A DNA stretch of 31,631 nt, taken from assembly GCA_035506735.1 (NCBI GenBank), contig DATJOV010000082.1, positions 1 to 31,631 on the forward strand, read 5' to 3'. Numbering within the stretch: the stretch's first letter is position 1; the number at the start of each line of letters is the position of its first letter. Positions 1-6,728 of the stretch are shown piece after piece. Origin of the DNA: Acidimicrobiales bacterium (GTDB lineage Bacteria; Actinomycetota; Acidimicrobiia; Acidimicrobiales; UBA8190). The notes below the pieces were generated by a model that saw only the letters and a program-made list of their open reading frames with translations, was not told the DNA's origin and did no database searches. Position numbers and translations under genes: made by a program.

Positions 1-800
1 TGCCAGCGCACGGCCTGCGCCAGGACACGGCGCTCCACCTCCCGGCCGATCCGGATCATATCGTTCACGCCGTCCTTGTGCGAGATGTGGGCGACATCCT
101 GATGAATGATCGGGCCGGCATCGAGCTCCGCCGTGACGTAATGCGCCGTGGCCCCGATGACCTTCACGCCCCGGGCGAAGGCCTGGTGGTAGGGACGGGC
201 CCCGGCGAAGGACGGCAGGAAGCTGTGGTGGATGTTCAGGATCCTCCCGGCGAAGCGCTCGCAGATGGCGGCCGGGACGATCTGCATGTACCGGGCCAGC
301 ACCACCACGTCGGGACGGAGGTCGTCCAGGAGGCGCCCGAACCGCGCGAATCCCTCCTGGCGGTCCTCGGCCGGGATCGGCACACAGAAGAACGGGACCC
401 GGTACGAGGCGCTCAGCTCCTCCAGATCGGCGTGGTTGGACACCACACCCACCACGTCGCAGTGCAGGTCGCCCGTGCTCCACCGGTGCAGCAGGTCGAC
501 CAGGCAGTGACTCTCGCGGCTCACGCAGATGACCACGCGCTTGCGGGCCTCGGAGTCGGTGAGGTGCCAGTCGAGCCCGAACGCGTCGGCGACGTCGGCG
601 AAGTGCTGCCCGAAGGTGTCGAGGTCGAGGCCGAAGCCCTCGGCCAGGATCTCGATGCGCTGGAAGAAGGTCCCGGTCTCCAGGTCGCCGTGCTGGGCCG
701 CCTCGAGGACCCACCCGTCGTGCTCGGCGACGAAGCCGGTCACGGCGGCCACCACCCCGACGCGGTCGGGACAGCTCATGGTGAGGATCAACCGTCGCAT
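1..800 (-). CDS. purU: Formyltetrahydrofolate deformylase (3' end runs off the window)
   Basis: Absent from the ORF track; translated by hand from ATG at 800: MRRLILTMSCPDRVGVVAAVTGFV (ACT-like N-terminus) ... VVLARYMQIV ... NIHHSFLPSFAGARPYHQAFARGVKVIGATAHYVT..LDAGPII. SD AGGAG at 808..804. Confidence 0.95.
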   Translation of the reverse strand, partial: MRRLILTMSCPDRVGVVAAVTGFVAEHDGWVLEAAQHGDLETGTFFQRIEILAEGFGLDLDTFGQHFADVADAFGLDWHLTDSEARKRVVICVSRESHCLVDLLHRWSTGDLHCDVVGVVSNHADLEELSASYRVPFFCVPIPAEDRQEGFARFGRLLDDLRPDVVVLARYMQIVPAAICERFAGRILNIHHSFLPSFAGARPYHQAFARGVKVIGATAHYVTAELDAGPIIHQDVAHISHKDGVNDMIRIGREVERRVLAQAVRW

Positions 801-812
801 GGTCTCCTGTCA

Positions 813-847
813 CGAACGGGCCGGAGCCGCGGGCGCTCCCCCGTTCG
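813..847 (-). promoter_or_regulatory. 13-bp stem-loop in the putative purU 5' UTR, just upstream of the SD; candidate -10 TACGGT at 882..877
   Basis: Minus strand CGAACGGG-GGAGC-[GCCCGCG]-GCTCC-GG-CCCGTTCG: 8-bp plus 5-bp stems with a 2-nt bulge, ending 4 nt before AGGAG. Confidence 0.45.
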
Positions 848-948
848 CCGCTCGTCCGGGCGGATCGGCGTCGCAGACCGTAGCGGACGTCCCGACAGGC
901 GGTGACCCGAGAGCCGGCGACGCCCTCGAGGGTGCAGCGGATGCACGG

Positions 949-1023
949 TCGGGCTGGGGAGATTTGAACTCCCGACCTCTTGACCCCCAGTCAAGCGCGC
1001 TAACCAAGCTGCGCCACAGCCCG
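949..1023 (-). tRNA. tRNA-Pro (anticodon GGG)
   Basis: Reverse complement CGGGCTGTGGCGCAGCTTGGTTAGCGCGCTTGACTGGGGGTCAAGAGGTCGGGAGTTCAAATCTCCCCAGCCCGA. Acceptor stem CGGGCTG/CAGCCCG; anticodon arm CTTGA-CTGGGGG-TCAAG; T-loop GTTCAAAT. Followed by CCG, so CCA is not fully encoded. Confidence 0.98.
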
Positions 1024-1044
1024 TGACTCCAGTGGGGAGCGACT

Positions 1045-3078
1045 CTACCCCACGGGGCGAATCGCCAGGCCCTCCCGAGGCGGTCCCCGACCGGGCCTAC
1101 GTCGGTCCCCGCCCCTCCCCCCGTGGCCGGGGGCGAGCAGGCACCGGGCCTCGGCCACCAGGTCGGTGGCCCCGCCCGGGCCGAAGGCGGTGCAGCGGGC
1201 GAAGAGTGACGGGGCGACGACCAGGGCGTGGCGCGGGCGCGCCGCCCGCCATACGAGCGCCCCGGACTGCAGTGCGGGCCCCCGTCCCAGGGCCTCGGTC
1301 ACGATCCCGGTGAGGTTGGCGTCGGCCGCCAGGGGCACCCGCCCGCCCCGGGCCGGGACGAGCACCGCCAGCGTGACGCCGAAGCGCAGGAGGGCCCGCC
1401 GCATGGCGGTCACCGAGGACGGCGTGGGCGGCGCCGGGGGGAACTGGAAGATCCCCTGGGAGTAGGGGATGGCGGGCACCCGGGAGGTCTCGGGTCCTGC
1501 CCCCTCGGCCGTGAGGAAGCGCATGCCGTCCACGGCCTGCCACGCCAGGATGCGCCCGTAGGAGCCGGGGCCGGGGTGGGGGAATGCGACCACCACCTCC
1601 CCCGGCGCCAGGTCCGGGGCGCGCTGGGCGTACCAGCGCGGCATCCCGATGGGGGTGACGACCAGGGGGAGGACGCCCAGCTCGGTCGTGGCCATGGGGA
1701 CCACCGCCCCCAGGGCCACCACGGCGGCGCCGGCGCCGGCCAGCAGGGTCCGGCCCCTCGCCGCCGGCCCGGGCCCCGAGCCGGCCACGGCGTCGTGGAC
1801 GTGGTCCACCACGATGCCCACCACCACGGCCAGGCACAGGAGGGCCACCGCCATGAACCGCACCGGGATGACGTTGCGCAGGAGGGCGGCGCCGGCCAGG
1901 GCGCGCCACGGCGCCCACCACAGCCTGGGCTCGGTGCCGGCGCTCAGGACGGCGGTGAGGGCGCCCACGGCGGTGAAGCACCACAGGGCCCGGTCCCGCC
2001 GCCACAGCGCCAGCCCGAGCGCCGCCACGACCAGGGCACCGATCCCCACGGCGGCGCCGTCGGGCAGGGGCCGCCCCACGTACCCGGCGGCCAGGGCGAT
2101 GAGATCGCCGGCCCGGTTGGTGGGGGCCAGGCCGAGGAGGCCTCGCCACGTCGTCCCCTCCTTGCTGAGGTCGATCCCGGCCCAGATCTGGCCCGGGATG
2201 TGGGCCGGCCCGTCCAGGGCGAACCACACGGGATAGGCGAGGACGGCCGCCCCCGACACCGCCGCCACCCCCAGGCCCGCCAGGGCGTGGCGCACACGGC
2301 GGCGAAGGGCGTGGCGGCACCACAGCAGCCCGTGGACGACGAGGAGCACGACGGCGCCGGCGGCGCTCACCGCCACGATGGCCAGGATCTCGGTGCTGAG
2401 GAAGAACTGGAGGACGACGAGGGCGGCCAACCCCGCCCCGCCCCACAGGGGACGGTGGCGCTGGCGCACCAGCAGCTCGTCGAGTGCGGCCACGAAGAGC
2501 GGGAGCAGCGTGAGGGCCGAGGTCATGACGTGGCCCTCGGCCAGGCTCCCCACCATGAAGGGCGAGAAGCCGGTGACCAGGCCGCTCGTGAACGCAGCCG
2601 GGGCCCAGTGCGTCCAGCGGCGCACCAGCCAGAAGGTGCTCAGCGCCGTGAGGGCCGGAGCCAGGGTGAGCGCCACGTTGAGCGTGGCGATGGGCCCGAA
2701 CAGCCACGTGACGGGGGCGAGCACCACCCCAGCCAGAAGCGAGCTGGTATTGGCCAGGAGGTTCACCCCGTAGGGGTGGTACATGAAGGAGGAGAAGAAG
2801 GGGTCGAGGCCGTGGGCCATGGCGTAGGCGGGCCAGGCCAGGAACCAGGTGATGAGCCCGGGGTCCCCGCAGGCGCACACCGAGGTGGAGGTGGGATGGG
2901 TGCTCCACACGTGCCACCACACCCCGACGGCCAGGGCCAGGTAGCACCCCCCCGCCGTCGCCACCACCACGGCGGGCCCTGGAGCCGCACGGCGCCCGTC
3001 CGGCGCCGTCCCGGTGAAGGGCGGACCCGGGGCCCCCGACGCGGCCGCGCCCGAGGTGACGGGGAGCGACCCACGCAC
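1045..3078 (-). CDS. Multi-pass membrane protein, probable GT-C-fold glycosyltransferase using a polyprenol-phosphate-sugar donor
   Basis: 677 aa with many hydrophobic helices. First loop CGDPGLITWFLAW..HGLDPF..PYGVNLLANTS, later IPVRF motif, soluble C-terminal domain. Strong SD AGGAGG 6 nt before GTG 3078. Confidence 0.75.
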   Translation of the reverse strand: MRGSLPVTSGAAASGAPGPPFTGTAPDGRRAAPGPAVVVATAGGCYLALAVGVWWHVWSTHPTSTSVCACGDPGLITWFLAWPAYAMAHGLDPFFSSFMYHPYGVNLLANTSSLLAGVVLAPVTWLFGPIATLNVALTLAPALTALSTFWLVRRWTHWAPAAFTSGLVTGFSPFMVGSLAEGHVMTSALTLLPLFVAALDELLVRQRHRPLWGGAGLAALVVLQFFLSTEILAIVAVSAAGAVVLLVVHGLLWCRHALRRRVRHALAGLGVAAVSGAAVLAYPVWFALDGPAHIPGQIWAGIDLSKEGTTWRGLLGLAPTNRAGDLIALAAGYVGRPLPDGAAVGIGALVVAALGLALWRRDRALWCFTAVGALTAVLSAGTEPRLWWAPWRALAGAALLRNVIPVRFMAVALLCLAVVVGIVVDHVHDAVAGSGPGPAARGRTLLAGAGAAVVALGAVVPMATTELGVLPLVVTPIGMPRWYAQRAPDLAPGEVVVAFPHPGPGSYGRILAWQAVDGMRFLTAEGAGPETSRVPAIPYSQGIFQFPPAPPTPSSVTAMRRALLRFGVTLAVLVPARGGRVPLAADANLTGIVTEALGRGPALQSGALVWRAARPRHALVVAPSLFARCTAFGPGGATDLVAEARCLLAPGHGGRGGDRRRPGRGPPREGLAIRPVG

Positions 3079-3268
3079 GACCCACCTCCTGCGTCGACGA
3101 CCGACGGCGCCGGGATCGGCGGTGGGTCGGGGGCCGCGCCGTGCCGCACTCGACCGCCGACGGGATCATGGCGCCGTGGCGCGGATCCTAGGACCGCCCC
3201 CGCCCGCGGCCGTGGGATTGGGCGGGGCCCGGTGGTACCGTGGAGGCGGCATCGCCGGGGGGTCTGGG

Positions 3269-3985
3269 TTGGAAGAGCAGCCGTTTCTGTCCGTGCTGGT
3301 TCCCGCCTACAACGAGGCTCGCACCCTGCACGACGTGGTGAGCGCCGTGCGCAAGGTGCCCGAGGACCTCGAGATCGTGCTCGTGGACGACGGCTCCGAG
3401 GACGGCACCTGGCCCATCATGGAGAGCCTGGACGACGGCGCCCGCGTGCGGGCCTTCCGCCACGAGGTGAACAAGGGCAAGGGCGCCGCCATCCGCACCG
3501 GGCTGGCCCAGGCCCGCGGCGAGCTGGTCCTCATCCAGGATGCCGACCTCGAGTACTCCCCCGACGACTACGGGACGCTGCTCGAGCCCATCAGGGCGGG
3601 CCGGGCCACCGTGGTGTACGGGTCGCGCACCTTCTCGAGCCACGCCGCCTACAGCTTCTGGTACGTCATGGGCAACCGGGTGGTGACCCTCACCACCAAC
3701 GTGCTCTTCAACTGCTACCTCTCCGACATGGAGACGGGGTACAAGGTCATGCCCCTGGCCGTGGCCCGGGCCCTCGGCATCCGGGCCAACGGCTTCGACC
3801 TCGAGCCCGAGATCACGGCCAAGCTCCTGCGCATGGGGCACAAGATCTACGAGGTGCCCGTCAGCTACGCGGCGCGCTCGCGGGCCGAGGGCAAGAAGCT
3901 CACCGCCGCCGACGGGCTCAAGGCCATCGGGACCCTGGCCCGCTACCGCTTCTGGCGCCCCCCGGCGACCGGGGGCGGCGCCTGA
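3269..3985 (+). CDS. GT2 family glycosyltransferase, DPM1/GtrB-like polyprenol-phosphate sugar synthase
   Basis: LSVLVPAYNEA, VLVDDGSEDGT, NKGKGAAIRTG, IQDADLEY (DxD), VVYGSR, SDMETGYK, FDLEPEITAK. TTG 3269 chosen as start because homology begins there; -10-like TACCGT at 3236-3241. Start uncertain. Confidence 0.9.
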   Translation: MEEQPFLSVLVPAYNEARTLHDVVSAVRKVPEDLEIVLVDDGSEDGTWPIMESLDDGARVRAFRHEVNKGKGAAIRTGLAQARGELVLIQDADLEYSPDDYGTLLEPIRAGRATVVYGSRTFSSHAAYSFWYVMGNRVVTLTTNVLFNCYLSDMETGYKVMPLAVARALGIRANGFDLEPEITAKLLRMGHKIYEVPVSYAARSRAEGKKLTAADGLKAIGTLARYRFWRPPATGGGA

Positions 3986-4107
3986 CCCGAGGCGGCCGGG
4001 TGCCGCGGCGCGCCGGGCTCAACGTGGCCCACCGCCCACCCGATACCTTCCCCGGGCGGCCCGGGCCGCGCCACGGCGCCGGCCCGGACGAGCGGAGGAG
4101 GGCGCCG

Positions 4108-4881
4108 GTGCGGACACGGCGGGGACGGGGTCCGGGCGGACGGGCGCGGTGGGGACCGGTGTCGGCGCTCGCCCTGGTCCTGGGCGTCGTGGCTGCGGCC
4201 GGCCCCGCCCCGCCGGCCGGGGCGGCGACCGCTGCGTGCCGGCCCGCCCCCGGAGCCGACCTGGCCGGGTGCGACCTGGCCGGGGCCCACCTCCCCGGAG
4301 CCGACCTGGCCGGGGCCCGTCTGGCCGGCGCCGACCTGGCCGGCGCCGACCTGACCGGGGCCGACCTCGACGGCGCCGTCCTGCGCAGGGCCGACCTGCG
4401 GGGCGCCCGTCTGGGGGGCGCCGGCCTGGTGGGCGCCGACCTCACCTCGGCCGCCCTCAAGGGGGCGGTGGTGGGTGGGACCCAGCTGGCCCGGGCCACC
4501 CTCTTCGACGCCTCCTCGGGCCTGCTGGGGGGCGCCCCCGCCTCCTACCCCCCGTACTACGTCCTGGTGGACGGCTACCTGGTGGGGCCCGGGGCCGACC
4601 TGGCCGGGGCCGACCTGGCCGGGGTCGACCTGGCCGGGGTCCACCTGCGCTTCGGCTACCTGACCGGCACCGACCTGCGGAAGGCCGACCTGGCCGGGGC
4701 CGAGCTGCGCCACGCCTACCTGCACCACGCCGATCTCATCGGCGCCGACCTGGCCCGGGCCGACCTCCTCGACGCCCACCTCCTCGATGCCGCCCTGGCC
4801 GGCGTGACGTGGTACCTCACCACCTGCCCGGACGGCACCAGCAGCGCCGATGACGGGGGCACCTGCGCCGGCCACCTGTGA
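4108..4881 (+). CDS. Exported pentapeptide-repeat (A[D/N]LxxA) beta-helix protein
   Basis: 3' end of ORF 1228..4881. GTG 4108 with SD GGAGGAG; basic n-region plus hydrophobic h-region (SALALVLGVVAAAG); two blocks of ADLAG repeats; C-terminal TTCPDGT...GGTC. Candidate -10 TACCTT at 4044-4049. Confidence 0.88.
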   Translation: MRTRRGRGPGGRARWGPVSALALVLGVVAAAGPAPPAGAATAACRPAPGADLAGCDLAGAHLPGADLAGARLAGADLAGADLTGADLDGAVLRRADLRGARLGGAGLVGADLTSAALKGAVVGGTQLARATLFDASSGLLGGAPASYPPYYVLVDGYLVGPGADLAGADLAGVDLAGVHLRFGYLTGTDLRKADLAGAELRHAYLHHADLIGADLARADLLDAHLLDAALAGVTWYLTTCPDGTSSADDGGTCAGHL

Positions 4882-4925
4882 GGGGCTCCGGTCGGGGCCA
4901 CCCGTGCGGGGCCCCGGGTCGCCCG

Positions 4926-5123
4926 TCAGGCGTGGTGGACGACCCAGGTGATGCCCTGGTAGGCGCGCCAGCCCAGGTACACGGCGGTGCCGGCGATCAT
5001 GAGCTTGAAGTGCCAGGGGATCTTGCGGTGCTCGTGCAGCGCCTCGCCGCACGCCGGGCACGCCCCCGCCTCGGTGACGTCCTCCTCGTCCACCATGGCG
5101 TCGCACGTCTCGCACCACGGCAC
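4926..5123 (-). CDS. Small Zn-ribbon (CxxC-x14-CxxC) protein with a C-terminal transmembrane helix
   Basis: MPWCETC...CPAC...PWHFKLMIAGTAVYLGWRAYQGITW; SD GGGAGGAG upstream; co-directional, 57 nt after the der stop. Confidence 0.75.
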   Translation of the reverse strand: MPWCETCDAMVDEEDVTEAGACPACGEALHEHRKIPWHFKLMIAGTAVYLGWRAYQGITWVVHHA

Positions 5124-5180
5124 CTCAGTCCGCTCCTCCCCCGCCGCCGGCCGTCCCGGAGCGCCCCGTCCCGGCGCCGC

Positions 5181-6728
5181 TCACGACCCCACCCGCACCC
5201 GCAGCTTCATGGGGGTGGGGCCGATGTCGAACTGCTCGCGCAGCTTGCGCTCCACGTAGCGCAGGTAGGGGGCGGGGAGGCGCCGGTTGGCGAAGAGGGT
5301 GAAGGTGGGAGGGTCGGTGGCCCCCTGCACCCCGTAGCGGATGCGGGCCCCGGGGGCGGCGTGGGCGGCCTGGATGGAGCGCAGGGCCCGGTTGAGCTCG
5401 CCCGTGGGGATGCGCTGGTGGTAGGCCTCCTCCGCCGTGGCCAGGGTGGGCAGGATCTTGTGCACCCCGAGCCCGGTGCGGGCGCTCACCTTGACCACGG
5501 GTGAGGCCCCCAGGAAGGCCAGGCGGTCCTCGGTGTCCTCGACCACCTGTCGCCTGGTCTCGGTGTCGAGCTCCTCCCACTTGTTGAGCACCACCACCAC
5601 CGGGCTGCCCGAGGCCCCGATGCGCTCGGCCAGGCGCTGGTCCTGATGGGTCACGCCCTCGGTGGCGTCGATGACCAGGAGCACCACGTCGGCGCGGTCC
5701 AGGGCCTGCAGGGCCCGCACCATGGCGTAGTACTCGGTGCCCTCCTCGGTGCGCGACCGGCGGCGCATCCCGGCCGTGTCGATGAAGCGCAGGAGGCCGG
5801 CCTCGGTCTCGAGGAGGGTGTCGATGGCGTCGCGGGTGGTGCCGGGGAGGTCGTGGACCACCGACCGCTCCTCCCCCAGGAGGCGGTTGAAGAGGGTGGA
5901 CTTGCCCACGTTGGGCCGCCCCACGATGGCCACGGACGTCGCCCCGTCGCCCGGGGCGGGGGGCGGGGCCGCCCCGCCCGGCGCCGCGGCGTCCTCGGCG
6001 ACCACCTCGCCCTCGTCCGTCCCGGGTACGGGTCGGGCCGGTCCGGGCGGGGGCAGGAGGCTCACCACCTCGTCCAGGAGGTCGCCCGTGCCCCGACCGT
6101 GCAGGGCGCTCACGGGCCACGGATCTCCCAGCCCCAGGGACACGAACTCCCAGGCGTCGACCTCACGCCGGTCGTTGTCCACCTTGTTGGCCACCAGCAC
6201 CACGGGGGCCCCGGCCCGCCGCACCACCCGGGCCACGTCCTCGTCCTCGGTGGTGACGCCGACGGCGGCGTCCACCACGAGCAGCACCACGTCGGCCCCG
6301 GCCACGGCCCGCTCGGCCTGGCCCGCCACCTTGGCGTCGAGGGCGTCGCCGCGCCCCAGCCATCCCCCGGTGTCGACCACCACGAAGGGCCGCCCGTTCC
6401 ACTCCGCCTGGAGCTCGAGTCGGTCCCGGGTCACGCCCGGCTTCTCCTCCACCACGGCGGCGCGCCGGCCCACCACCCGGTTGACGAGGGTGGACTTGCC
6501 CACGTTGGGCCGCCCTGCCACAGCCACCACGGGCGTGCGCTCCGGCACCGCCACCACCGGCGTGCGCTCCGGCACCGCTACCACCGGCGTGCGCTCCGGC
6601 ACCGCCACCACGGGTGCGCGCTCCGGCACCGCCACCACCGGTGTGCGCTCGGGCACGGCCACCACGGGCGTGCGCTCCGGCACCGTCTCGTCGTCGGGCC
6701 CGTCGGTGGCCCCGTCGTCGGCGCTCAC
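5181..6728 (-). CDS. der: Ribosome biogenesis GTPase Der (EngA) with a repeat-expanded N-terminus
   Basis: Two G domains (GRPNVGKST twice; DTGG and DTAG; NKVD and NKWE) and a KH-like tail. GTG 6728 overlaps the upstream TGA (GTGA). Confidence 0.96.
   Translation of the reverse strand: MSADDGATDGPDDETVPERTPVVAVPERTPVVAVPERAPVVAVPERTPVVAVPERTPVVAVPERTPVVAVAGRPNVGKSTLVNRVVGRRAAVVEEKPGVTRDRLELQAEWNGRPFVVVDTGGWLGRGDALDAKVAGQAERAVAGADVVLLVVDAAVGVTTEDEDVARVVRRAGAPVVLVANKVDNDRREVDAWEFVSLGLGDPWPVSALHGRGTGDLLDEVVSLLPPPGPARPVPGTDEGEVVAEDAAAPGGAAPPPAPGDGATSVAIVGRPNVGKSTLFNRLLGEERSVVHDLPGTTRDAIDTLLETEAGLLRFIDTAGMRRRSRTEEGTEYYAMVRALQALDRADVVLLVIDATEGVTHQDQRLAERIGASGSPVVVVLNKWEELDTETRRQVVEDTEDRLAFLGASPVVKVSARTGLGVHKILPTLATAEEAYHQRIPTGELNRALRSIQAAHAAPGARIRYGVQGATDPPTFTLFANRRLPAPYLRYVERKLREQFDIGPTPMKLRVRVGS
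6523..6684 (-). repeat. Six tandem 27-nt repeats encoding (VPERTPVVA)x6 in der
   Basis: Units at 6523, 6550, 6577, 6604, 6631 and 6658; plus-strand consensus gccaccac(g/c)ggcgtgcgctccggcacc. No spacers; copies differ mostly at synonymous positions. Confidence 0.97.

Noticed and set aside
932-946. GCATCCGCTGC after the tRNA, resembling the 3' end of a THF riboswitch upstream of purU
   Set aside because: The sequence upstream is the tRNA itself, leaving no room for the aptamer's 5' half. It is explained as a 5-bp hairpin, GTGCA-TCCGC-TGCAC.
946-948. tRNA ending in CCG instead of CCA
   Set aside because: Non-encoded CCA is common in Actinobacteria and is added post-transcriptionally; the cloverleaf is intact, so this is not a pseudogene.
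930-1023. tRNA-Pro as an integration site with a duplicated 3' end
   Set aside because: No second copy of the tRNA 3' sequence was seen in the window and no integrase is adjacent.
1228-4881. 1217-aa ORF and other long ORFs (1097..3169, 8509..10716, 11685..13463, 26264..29686, upstream parts of 5181..7856 and 12108..15230)
   Set aside because: These are shadow or antisense frames of real genes, low in complexity (Arg/Gly/Pro-rich) and expected at this GC content. Only the segments listed as features show protein motifs.
6523-6684. 27-nt direct repeats as a CRISPR array
   Set aside because: The units are contiguous with no spacers, in frame within der, and no cas genes are present.
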